A stretch of DNA of 64,000 nucleotides, taken from contig JANMPT010000077.1 of the NCBI GenBank assembly GCA_031370005.1, positions 1-64,000 of the forward strand. Direction: 5' to 3'. Position 1 is the stretch's first letter. Each line of letters begins with the position of its first letter. This DNA comes from Bdellovibrionales bacterium (GTDB lineage Bacteria > Bdellovibrionota > Bdellovibrionia > Bdellovibrionales > Bdellovibrionaceae). Below, piece after piece: positions 9,377 to 17,822 of this stretch. The notes below the pieces were generated by a model that saw only the letters and a program-made list of their open reading frames with translations, searched no databases and had not been told where the DNA came from. The translations under genes were made by a program, and so were the position numbers.

Positions 9377-10391
9377 CATGGTGATTTAATTCGGCAGAAA
9401 TCCAGGTGGTGGCATTTCCCGGTGTATCTTCGTCGCAATTTTTGATATAATCATCGCCCCATGAGAATTCACAACCTTTATAGCTCGCATGTTTTAGAAC
9501 CAATTTTGCGAGTTTAGGATTTTGAAATTTGCTAGCTGTTTTTTTGTTGCTCTCACCCTTAAAAATAATGACGTTATCTTTATCTGAATACCTAATTCGG
9601 CTAGATCTTGTCATTGTCTTAGGATTAATATTCTGAACACTAGGATTTAAAACTGTGTAATCGGAATACACGATATCATTTTTTGCTACCAAAACTTGCC
9701 AGAGGTCCCAGTCCAGTCTTTTTTGAAAAGAGACTTCATTAGAATCGAATTCAGACATTTTTTCCGGCATACAAGCTGAAGAAATAATGAGTTTTTCGTA
9801 ATGAACCTTTTTGGTAATTTCTTTGATTGCTGTTTCAGCCAAACTTTTCGCGGAAGTGATGCTTTCAATTTTTTCTAGATCTAGGACAATATAAATATTA
9901 TTTTCAGGAAATACATCACTGACCAGATTCGCAATATCATCTACATGAAGAGAAATTGCTTCCAAGTAGTCTTTTGAAATTCGAATACACAAGTCTCTTC
10001 CACGAAGAAGACCAAATGTTTTGATGCTATCAATGTATCCATCCTCTTCAGCCCGGTCGAAGCTTATAACTGGAGCATAGTTAGTCCCTAGCTTGTTGAG
10101 TTCCTGGAATAAAAATTCCGAATAATGTCTTTCTAAAATTTTAACATTTGGATCTGTTTCGAAATCTATAAAACATGCAATATCATTTTCAAAATGCTTC
10201 CCAATGTACTTCGCTATTCTAGAGAACTGCTCCTTGTGCCCACATTTCCATTTCGGCGGGGATAAATCATAATCTAAGTCTGGATCCGTTATTCGTAGAA
10301 GTGGCCTAATCTGACTTTTAATATTATTCGAAAGATTTTTTAACCCTTTAAACTCTCCTAATTTTCCACGCAATATTGGAACATACATCAT
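9333..10391 (-). CDS. Beta family protein (P4 beta / sce7725-like)
   Basis: N-terminal YVPILRGKLGE..GL, internal YSDY, IRYS, C-terminal FSWGD..I...PGNATTW....NHH signatures. Confidence 0.85.
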   Translation of the reverse strand: MMYVPILRGKLGEFKGLKNLSNNIKSQIRPLLRITDPDLDYDLSPPKWKCGHKEQFSRIAKYIGKHFENDIACFIDFETDPNVKILERHYSEFLFQELNKLGTNYAPVISFDRAEEDGYIDSIKTFGLLRGRDLCIRISKDYLEAISLHVDDIANLVSDVFPENNIYIVLDLEKIESITSAKSLAETAIKEITKKVHYEKLIISSACMPEKMSEFDSNEVSFQKRLDWDLWQVLVAKNDIVYSDYTVLNPSVQNINPKTMTRSSRIRYSDKDNVIIFKGESNKKTASKFQNPKLAKLVLKHASYKGCEFSWGDDYIKNCDEDTPGNATTWISAELNHHVTLVLEQISSYYGS

Positions 10392-10394
10392 TTT

Positions 10395-11561
10395 TTATGC
10401 TCCAAACATCTTTCTAACAGATCCTTCACCCAAGAAGCTTCTCATTATTTTATAATTTTTAATTTCTCTCTGTAATCTTCCAGCAACTATACTTGGATGA
10501 ATCCTTAATCTCTGACTTAGATTCAAAACTGATTGTTCAGAACGATCTTTTAAAGCTGAACTATTCTTCCAAATGTTTAATGGAATAAAAGAATCTTTTG
10601 CTAAAAAGTCGGCTTCCTTCTCAAGAACATCAACATAGTCTGTCTCATCAAGATCATCACAAAAAATAAAGTGTTCGGAAGATAGGTGCTTAAAAACATG
10701 AGCTAACTCATGAAGTAATGTGAACCAAAAGCTATCTAAGCGGTCATGTCTCAGAGACAAAGCAATGACAGGCAAGCCATCTTCTCTTAGCAGAGCTACG
10801 CCATCGACTTTCAAGCCACTTAAATACTTTTCTACAATAAGTAAAATCCCATTTTTACTTAGAAGCTCAACAGCCAGCAGAGGCCCCTTATCTAAATAAC
10901 TCAGATTAGCGACCTCTTTCAGAAAAGATTTAGTAATGAATTCTTTCCTAAAAGACCCTTTGTTTGCAGGAACTGTTTTGTAAGAGACATTAAGAATTCT
11001 GGACAACCACGCCACGAGAAGCCCTTCGTAGCCCTCGCTATTATTAGATCTTCTGAATAACATTTGCGAAGACAGATTTAGCACAGGGGCAATGAATTGC
11101 TGTAAACTCGAAGCATTATTGGTTTTAATCCAACCCCTAGAAAGCATCTCCTTAGCTGGAAGTTTTGAAAGATCAATAGTCAAATTTTCAGCGGGGATAT
11201 CATCGTCACTCAGTAAAATATCAGCAGAAATATCTAATCCTTTAGATAAAGCCTTAATCATATTTAAGGATAATGGTCTTTTGCCTGAAAGGATTTCTGA
11301 AACCTTACTTTTGTTGCCAATATAAGGAAGCAAATCAGATCTATCCAAGCCCTGCTCTTCCATTCTAAAAAGAATCGCCTCGACTGGAGTAGGTTTTTCA
11401 AATTTGAAACGATCCTTTTCATATCTTTCGACTAAGACTGAAAGGAGTATAATATTCTTAGCCTCGGTAGAGTCTGGCTGAGGATTTTGACTCATCAGCT
11501 TATCTATTGCGACTAAGGAGTCGTCATATTCTTTTTTATTAGTAATAGGCTTGATATCCAT
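10395..11561 (-). CDS. higA: HigA-type XRE antitoxin fused to ImmA/IrrE (M78) metallopeptidase
   Basis: IKPI...EY..., LVERYE, PTPVEAILFRMEEQGL...KSKVSEILSGKRPLSL HTH; HEXXH (FTLLHELAH) plus EKEAD; GGAGG RBS before ATG 11561. Confidence 0.9.
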   Translation of the reverse strand: MDIKPITNKKEYDDSLVAIDKLMSQNPQPDSTEAKNIILLSVLVERYEKDRFKFEKPTPVEAILFRMEEQGLDRSDLLPYIGNKSKVSEILSGKRPLSLNMIKALSKGLDISADILLSDDDIPAENLTIDLSKLPAKEMLSRGWIKTNNASSLQQFIAPVLNLSSQMLFRRSNNSEGYEGLLVAWLSRILNVSYKTVPANKGSFRKEFITKSFLKEVANLSYLDKGPLLAVELLSKNGILLIVEKYLSGLKVDGVALLREDGLPVIALSLRHDRLDSFWFTLLHELAHVFKHLSSEHFIFCDDLDETDYVDVLEKEADFLAKDSFIPLNIWKNSSALKDRSEQSVLNLSQRLRIHPSIVAGRLQREIKNYKIMRSFLGEGSVRKMFGA

Positions 11562-11572
11562 ATTTCCTCCTT

Positions 11573-11872
11573 TCATTGAAAACTCTTTTTCGAATACTCT
11601 GCATGTGTTCCAGCCCATTTCACGTTCACAGCTCCGGTTGACTTATCAGTTCCATGCAAAACCTGAGTAACTAGTCTATATGAATTGCCATTCACATTAA
11701 AAATAACAACATTAAAACCCAGGAAGCTCGCAGTTTGATACCGGTTCTTAATATCTTGAGATGTTTTCCATACTGCATTTTCCACTTCGCTAACCCATGC
11801 ATTGACCCAGTTTCTCACGGGCGGATGCTTCTGCTTAAATGCCGTTAATAAATTTCTTCCCGTGAGAAGCAT
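11573..11872 (-). CDS. higB: HigB-family mRNA interferase toxin
   Basis: W...VENAVW.T..DIK..Y..AS...VIFNVNGNSYRLV...WAGTHAEY signature; start at ATG 11872 with RBS. Confidence 0.9.
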   Translation of the reverse strand: MLLTGRNLLTAFKQKHPPVRNWVNAWVSEVENAVWKTSQDIKNRYQTASFLGFNVVIFNVNGNSYRLVTQVLHGTDKSTGAVNVKWAGTHAEYSKKSFQ

Positions 11873-11930
11873 CTTCCCTCCTAGAACGATACCAATACAC
11901 TTTACGGAAGTTCCCTTAAATAGTAAAGGA

Positions 11931-11955
11931 AAATGTTCCCAAAAAAGGAACATTT
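11931..11955. promoter_or_regulatory. Inverted repeat, putative HigA operator
   Basis: AAATGTTCC-CAAAAAA-GGAACATTT, perfect 9-bp arms ~60-80 bp upstream of higB. Confidence 0.65.
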
Positions 11956-12049
11956 ACTAAAATGATACATATGTTCATCTTAAAGTTGGCTATATTGGAT
12001 TTGTAGGGCTGTGCCTGACGGACCATCCCCGAAAGAAAACCGCATTCCA

Positions 12050-12080
12050 ACTCAGCCACCACTCAGCCAAAACTCAGTCA
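12050..12080. repeat. Three 11-bp-phased direct repeats, putative integrase arm-type sites
   Basis: ACTCAGCCA (12050), ACTCAGCCA (12061), ACTCAGTCA (12072), ~125-155 bp from the tRNA-His 3' end. Confidence 0.6.
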
Positions 12081-12205
12081 ACGAGACTGACGCCGGCTGA
12101 TTTTCAGTGACGCTTTCGCGAAAGCAATACCGCTAAACCCTTGAAACCTTTGGGTTGTGTTTTTCGGTACTTGGAACATTTTTGGGGAAAGTCTTAAAAG
12201 AAAAT

Positions 12206-12283
12206 TGGGGTGAATGACGGGACTTGAACCCGCGACCCTCGGAATCACAATCCGATGCTCTAACCAACTGAGCTACAATCACC
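12206..12283 (-). tRNA. tRNA-His (GUG)
   Basis: Reverse complement GGTGATTGTAGCTCAGTTGGTTAGAGCATCGGATTGTGATTCCGAGGGTCGCGGGTTCAAGTCCCGTCATTCACCCCA: cloverleaf, GTG anticodon, G-1, encoded CCA. Confidence 0.97.
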
Positions 12284-12442
12284 ACAAAGAGGAGTCTTTA
12301 TAAAACCTTGCGTGAAAAAGTGCAAATAAAATTATGAGAGCCACCTGCCCCTTTTTAAGTTGCATACAAGACCTTAAGTTACTGTATTTAAACTATATTT
12401 TTGCTTTAGCAGCTAGTTGACAAAGAAGGGTAATACAATAAA

Positions 12443-13399
12443 TCAGTAGTCGCAGTCCTTCACTAAAGGCTCCACTCCGCAGATATTTGGCTCTTTATTT
12501 TTAGAAACCTCTAATTCCTCAGCCCACTCCCCGTTTGCGTTACAGCGCCGGCGAAGACAATGTACCTCTGGATTATCGAGACGGCACACTTTCTTTTCTT
12601 TTTTGGGATTATTTTCACAAGTCCAAACACACTGATTGAGCTTACCGTAGGGTCGGTCGCAGATTTCGTTTTTGCCCTTTGGATGCACTTTCGATTTTTT
12701 CTCGTTCTGTACTTTTTTAAGACGCAGATTTTCTTCTTTTTTTTGCTGCGCTTCGGAGTATAGCTTTTTCTCCTCACTCGAAAAGCCTTCAACAAGACCT
12801 AACTTGCCGCGAGGTATTTTTTTGCCCTTTAAAAGAACATCATAAACGATTTCGCCGCTTTCTCGCACTCCTTGAAAACGGCACTTCTGCCCCGCCGTGA
12901 CCAAAGCCACTTCTTCTGCATTCATGGCCGAGAACTCCATTGTACCCTTAATTACCTTCACCTCGGCCGCGGGCTTACTTGGATCATAACTGAAAATAAA
13001 GTCCCCTTGTGGGCTTACAAATTCAAAAAGATCCGAACTGAGTGTAATATCATAGGTCTTCCCGCCAGTTTCTTTCCAACGAAAAGATCCCTGCCTGAGG
13101 ATCACAAGTGGCGCATCGCCGGTTTCCCAACTGATTGATGGAATTTCTAAATAACTATGGGGATACAATCGCAACTGTCTGCTGGCATCGATCTGCACTA
13201 GCACTTGTCCATCCTCAGTCTTGAGCCCAGCACTTTCGATCAAGACTTGATGGAGTTTCAACTTCCCCATTTGCTTGTCTTTATTGGTCCAAATCACTTT
13301 ACCCTGGATTTCCTCCACCCGAGGATATTTGGAAGCCGCCCTGGACACGCCGACAAGACACATTAGTAAAAGACATAAAGCTAATCTTGAGATTTTCAT
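12443..13399 (-). CDS. Secreted protein, FecR-like N-terminal domain and Cys-rich C-terminus
   Basis: Signal peptide MKISRLALCLLL at ATG 13399 (ATGA overlap with upstream gene); beta-rich FecR-like pattern; 8 Cys in the last ~75 aa. Confidence 0.55.
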   Translation of the reverse strand: MKISRLALCLLLMCLVGVSRAASKYPRVEEIQGKVIWTNKDKQMGKLKLHQVLIESAGLKTEDGQVLVQIDASRQLRLYPHSYLEIPSISWETGDAPLVILRQGSFRWKETGGKTYDITLSSDLFEFVSPQGDFIFSYDPSKPAAEVKVIKGTMEFSAMNAEEVALVTAGQKCRFQGVRESGEIVYDVLLKGKKIPRGKLGLVEGFSSEEKKLYSEAQQKKEENLRLKKVQNEKKSKVHPKGKNEICDRPYGKLNQCVWTCENNPKKEKKVCRLDNPEVHCLRRRCNANGEWAEELEVSKNKEPNICGVEPLVKDCDY

Positions 13400-14163
13400 A
13401 AACGAGTGTTTTTCTTCATTTCGAGCTCCCAAAGCTTCCCGTGCCGCAAAAAAATCGAGTAGGCCGCCCCCACTGCAATGATAAAACCTGGAAGTCCATC
13501 GCGGAAACCCTGCTTTATAAAGTAGCACTCAATAAACTTTATCCAAGGCTTGAAAACAAGCTTTAGCAATGAAAAGCGCTTGCCTGACTTGGCCAGCTTC
13601 TCAGCGCCCAGGCTTGAATATTTGTCATTGATCATCACCTGATTGCTCAGACTGTCAAATACCCAGTGATAGAGATCATGCTTCAAACGCTTCCTTGATT
13701 TTATTTCAACTTTCTCATGCAACGCATCGTGAGACCATTGTGAATACTGTCTGTTAAAAAGTCGCAGTTGAGCATCTGGATACCAGCCCCCATGATCAAT
13801 CCAGCGGCCCAAGTGAAAACTTCGGCGAGGTAATTCATAGCCCACTTCAGGATTTAGACCTGCAAATATTTCCGCGATTTCCTGTTGCAATTCGGGGCTT
13901 AAAGCCTCATCTGCATCCAGTGATAAAATCCAATCGTTCTTAGCTTTGGAGACAGCAAAAGACTTCTGAGGGCCATAACCCCGCCATTTTTCCTGAATAA
14001 TCCTGGCGCCCAATTTTTCAGCAATCTCAAGGGTCCGATCCGAAGAAAAGCTATCAACCACCACCACGTCCGAGGCAAAGGGAACCGAGCGCAAGCAGCG
14101 CTCTATATTGGCCTCTTCATTGAGGGTAACGACAACAAGACTAATTGGAAGTTTCATGGACAT
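13396..14163 (-). CDS. GT2 glycosyltransferase (WaaE/KdtX-like LPS glucosyltransferase)
   Basis: VTLNEE, VVDSFSSD, LDADE, GGWYPD, GFRDG motifs. Confidence 0.88.
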   Translation of the reverse strand: MSMKLPISLVVVTLNEEANIERCLRSVPFASDVVVVDSFSSDRTLEIAEKLGARIIQEKWRGYGPQKSFAVSKAKNDWILSLDADEALSPELQQEIAEIFAGLNPEVGYELPRRSFHLGRWIDHGGWYPDAQLRLFNRQYSQWSHDALHEKVEIKSRKRLKHDLYHWVFDSLSNQVMINDKYSSLGAEKLAKSGKRFSLLKLVFKPWIKFIECYFIKQGFRDGLPGFIIAVGAAYSIFLRHGKLWELEMKKNTRL

Positions 14164-14247
14164 TAATTAAAAGTCCCAAGTCTTCATTGTCTTGTCAAAC
14201 ATAAGTCGAATAGCTAACATCGCACTTTAACCAGAAAGGAAGCTCTT

Positions 14248-14874
14248 ATGAGAGTATTGTTAAGTCGCTGGACCCTTCTTCTGAGCATACTACTTGTTTC
14301 ATCATCATCATTGGCTTATCTCACTATCAGTGAGACCGCTGAGCTTCCCGCTGCAGGTTATTATCAAGTTGGTTTTGAGCCCCAATTCTTCACCAACGCT
14401 GGCGGCGGTGCTAATCTAACTGGCTTCTTCGATGCTCCCTTCACTGATTCCACCTCAGGTCGTTTGTGGCTCGGCACTGGTGCAATTGACTTCAATGCAG
14501 GAGCAAGCTTCAAATATGTACCCTTTCCAGATGTGGACAGACAACCAGGCATAGGCTTCCGTACCGGCGGTTTTTTTTCTCGTAAAGGCAGCGAAAACTT
14601 TCTTACTCTGCAATTGGCTCCGATTTTCAGTAAAAAAGTAAATACTGAGAATGGGCTTTTTACTCCTTACACCGCCATCGCTTTGGATTTCACAAATACC
14701 AAAGAAAAAAACTTCACAGGCTCACAAGTAATGTTTGGCACAGAATACAAAACCCCCGAGGTCCCAAAAATGTATTTTGGCTTAGAGGCCGGTTTTAGTC
14801 TTAACGACTCTTATTCCTATATCTCGGGAACTGTGACTCTTCCCTTTGATTCCAGCAAAGGACTTTTTGAATAA
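14248..14874 (+). CDS. Secreted, probable outer-membrane beta-barrel protein
   Basis: Signal peptide; alternating aromatic/Gly beta-strand pattern. Confidence 0.55.
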   Translation: MRVLLSRWTLLLSILLVSSSSLAYLTISETAELPAAGYYQVGFEPQFFTNAGGGANLTGFFDAPFTDSTSGRLWLGTGAIDFNAGASFKYVPFPDVDRQPGIGFRTGGFFSRKGSENFLTLQLAPIFSKKVNTENGLFTPYTAIALDFTNTKEKNFTGSQVMFGTEYKTPEVPKMYFGLEAGFSLNDSYSYISGTVTLPFDSSKGLFE

Positions 14875-14875
14875 T

Positions 14876-15925
14876 ATGGAGTTTTTCACTTGGCTGACAA
14901 AATCAGACTCTCACTCTGCTGCTGATATCTACGTTGATCTTGGTACAGCCAACACTTTGATTGCCGCTCGAGGCAAAGGGATCATTCTCAATGAGCCCTC
15001 ACTCATTGCCTACACTCAATCAGGCCCTGGGAAAAAAAAAGTTGTGGGCGTAGGCCTTGAGGCTCAGGAAAAACTTGCGAAAACTGCAGGGAATATTATT
15101 GCGCAAAAACCCATTCGCGACGGTGTAATTGCAGATTTCGAAACCACCCAGGCGATGCTAAAACACTTTCTTAGCAAGCCGGGGGTTAAGTCCGCATTTT
15201 CACGCCCCCGTATTGTGGTCTCTCTTCCCTATGGAGTCACCGACGTTGAAAAGCGCGCAGTGGTGGAAGCCTGTAAATGGGCGGGAGCAAAACAAGTCTT
15301 TTTAATCGACGAGCCCATGGCTGCAGCTATCGGCGCTGGCATTCCTGTAAAAGCCGCAAAAGGCAATATGGTTATTGATATTGGTGGAGGTACCACTGAG
15401 GTGGCTGTGATTGCCCTTGCTGATATTGTATACTGCCAAGCTGTCCGCGCGGGGGGACATCGTCTGGATGAAGCTATCATTGATTACTTTAAACGTTACA
15501 AAAAATTTATTATCTCCGAGGCAACTGCTGAGTATTTAAAAGTGACTATCGGCACCGCCGTGCCAAAAAAAGACATTCAAATGGCAATGGCAACAGGCCG
15601 TGATGCTGAAACTGGGCTTTCTAAAACCATTGAAATTTCCTCTGAAGAAGTCGGTTTTGCTATGAACGACGGCATTCAAGAGATCATAGATGCCATTCAT
15701 CGTGCAATTGAAAACACACCACCAGAATTGGTCTCTGATATTATTGAAAATGGCATCATGCTAGCCGGAGGCGGAGCCTTGATTCGCAATCTTGATTTAC
15801 GTATTCAAAACGAAGTCCGACTTGAAGTCAGAATTACAGAGAGCCCATTAACTGCAATTGCAAAAGGTGGGGAAGCCGTTCTTAGCGATCCCGAGCTTCT
15901 TGAGAAAATTAAGCTCGAAATTTAG
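14876..15925 (+). CDS. mreB: Rod shape-determining protein MreB paralog
   Basis: DLGTANT, EPMAAAIGAG, DIGGGTTE, AGGGAL actin-ATPase motifs; no mreCD adjacent. Confidence 0.92.
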   Translation: MEFFTWLTKSDSHSAADIYVDLGTANTLIAARGKGIILNEPSLIAYTQSGPGKKKVVGVGLEAQEKLAKTAGNIIAQKPIRDGVIADFETTQAMLKHFLSKPGVKSAFSRPRIVVSLPYGVTDVEKRAVVEACKWAGAKQVFLIDEPMAAAIGAGIPVKAAKGNMVIDIGGGTTEVAVIALADIVYCQAVRAGGHRLDEAIIDYFKRYKKFIISEATAEYLKVTIGTAVPKKDIQMAMATGRDAETGLSKTIEISSEEVGFAMNDGIQEIIDAIHRAIENTPPELVSDIIENGIMLAGGGALIRNLDLRIQNEVRLEVRITESPLTAIAKGGEAVLSDPELLEKIKLEI

Positions 15926-15928
15926 TTA

Positions 15929-16879
15929 TCACAACCTCATGTCATCTATTAAATATCGTCTAAGGGTTTGGGCAACAAAACCTGGCATGCCCTCCCCTAT
16001 TTTCTTATCTTCATATTTGGTTACAGGAAGTACATCAAGAGTTGTTCCCACCATCATTACTTCTTTGGCAGAAAAAAGATCCTCTTCGTAGAGATCAGCT
16101 TCAATAATTTTTGTGATTTGTTTTTGACTGACAAGATCTTTTGCTAAATGCAAAGCCCTCATCATCGTTGTCCCCTTGAGAATTTGTTTTAGTTTCGGAC
16201 GAACAAGCTCATTATTGGAATTAACCAAGATAATATTTTCAGTGCTTCCCTCAGTAAGGACACCACGTGAGTCGAAACCGATAGTAAAATCCAGCTTTCG
16301 ATCCACTGCCTCTTTTTTCATCATTACATTTTGCAGATAATTACAAGACTTAATGCTGGCAAACCATGGGTCTTTCGGCGCAATTTCACTGCGACCCACG
16401 ACTGCACCATCTTGATATATCTTTTCAGACATCGGTTTTAAATGGGTGGTGATGCAGTAAACCTGCGTGCCAACGGAATCATAAGGATTCGTGCTAAATC
16501 CTCCAGGCCCTCGAGACATAAATAGACGAATAATAACTTCCTCATGGGGGCCTGAGGCCTTAACTACTTCGTGAATAATATGAGTCATCTTTTCACGAGT
16601 AAAAGGCCACTCCATTCCAAGTTGTTTAGCTGAAGACTCCAAGCGGTCTAAGTGGTCATCCATTAAATATACTTTTCCATGGACAAATTTCATTGCTTCA
16701 AACACACCATCGCCCCGGTGGACTATGTGATCATCCACAGGAACCATCATCATGGATGGATCTTTAGTAATGCCACCGTACCAAGAAGAGTACATCGCCA
16801 AGTAGGTCTTTTTTTGTTCATAGTTGTAAAGCCTTAGTTTATTTAAAATATGATCAGACGATAGAATAGGAATGCTCAT
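15929..16879 (-). CDS. Aminotransferase class IV (D-amino acid/branched-chain type)
   Basis: HRGDGVFEA, HLDRL, KSCNY (PLP Lys), EGSTEN, ILKGTT. Confidence 0.9.
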   Translation of the reverse strand: MSIPILSSDHILNKLRLYNYEQKKTYLAMYSSWYGGITKDPSMMMVPVDDHIVHRGDGVFEAMKFVHGKVYLMDDHLDRLESSAKQLGMEWPFTREKMTHIIHEVVKASGPHEEVIIRLFMSRGPGGFSTNPYDSVGTQVYCITTHLKPMSEKIYQDGAVVGRSEIAPKDPWFASIKSCNYLQNVMMKKEAVDRKLDFTIGFDSRGVLTEGSTENIILVNSNNELVRPKLKQILKGTTMMRALHLAKDLVSQKQITKIIEADLYEEDLFSAKEVMMVGTTLDVLPVTKYEDKKIGEGMPGFVAQTLRRYLIDDMRL

Positions 16880-16957
16880 AAGACTCCTTTTTCAAACCAC
16901 TTTAGTTTATTATAAACTTCCATATTATGCGCTTTATTTCAGAGAGGAAATTTATTT

Positions 16958-17788
16958 ATGAAAATTTTAATTACCAGCCTCCTAGGACTCGCTCTTGCTG
17001 GCTGTAGCAGCAGAATGGTGGCAAGCAATGAGCCGGCACAAAGTCCAGCACAAGTCAGCCCGGCCCCAAACGCTGAAACTCTGAAAAAACTCGCCGACAA
17101 AGAAATAGGTAAGGGCGATGATGGCCGCAATTCCACTGTTAAGCCAGCTCAACCCGCTCCGGCTGCAAAACACCAGGCCCATGTAAGTAAACGCAGCCCT
17201 ATATCTTCAGATAAAGCCCTGGGTTGGTTGAAAAATGGTAATATCCGCTTTACAAAACACTCCCTCCGCAATGACGGAGAATCCGTAAAAGACCGTACTC
17301 GCCTTGTTTCGGGTCAAAATCCTCACACTATTATTCTTTCTTGCAGTGACTCCCGTGTTCCACCGGAAGTTGTTTTTGATCAAAAACTAGGCGAGGTCTT
17401 CGTAATTCGAACTGCCGGAGAGTCTCTGGATGCGGCGGGCATCGCGAGTATCGAATATGCCTTGGAACATTTGGGCACCAATTTAATCCTAGTTCTAGGT
17501 CACGAGTCCTGCGGCGCAGTTAAGGCTGCCCTAGCAACGCTTGGCGGCGCAGACGCAGGCAGTCCATGGTTGAATAAATTAGTAGCAGATCTGCACCCAC
17601 ATTTAAAAAGTTTTGAGGGAAAAACGGTCTCATCAGGAACTCTAGTTGAGGTATGGGCCAATACCGAAGGAGTTGCAAAAGATTTGGTAGAGAGATCTCA
17701 AATCGTGCGTGACGCCCTTAATACTGGTGATGTAAAAATTCAGACGGCCGTGTATCATCTTGGCTCTGGAGTTGTTGAATTCAAATAA
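16958..17788 (+). CDS. Beta-class carbonic anhydrase, lipoprotein
   Basis: CSDSR and HESCG zinc motifs; lipobox LAGC followed by an Ala/Pro-rich linker. Confidence 0.92.
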   Translation: MKILITSLLGLALAGCSSRMVASNEPAQSPAQVSPAPNAETLKKLADKEIGKGDDGRNSTVKPAQPAPAAKHQAHVSKRSPISSDKALGWLKNGNIRFTKHSLRNDGESVKDRTRLVSGQNPHTIILSCSDSRVPPEVVFDQKLGEVFVIRTAGESLDAAGIASIEYALEHLGTNLILVLGHESCGAVKAALATLGGADAGSPWLNKLVADLHPHLKSFEGKTVSSGTLVEVWANTEGVAKDLVERSQIVRDALNTGDVKIQTAVYHLGSGVVEFK

Positions 17789-17822
17789 GGCAACTCCGTA
17801 GTTAATCTCGGGGAGGCTTTTT

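Larger units (their letters stand above)
1..12205. mobile_element. Genomic (defence) island at tRNA-His; left boundary outside the window
   Basis: mobC/relaxase remnant, RM, Fic and TA cargo, an AT-rich segment and arm-like repeats abutting the tRNA 3' end; housekeeping genes resume on the other side of the tRNA. No integrase in the window. Confidence 0.75.

Noticed and set aside
14876..15925. Stand-alone mreB as a novelty
   Set aside because: A second mreB paralog is already known in Bdellovibrio-like bacteria.
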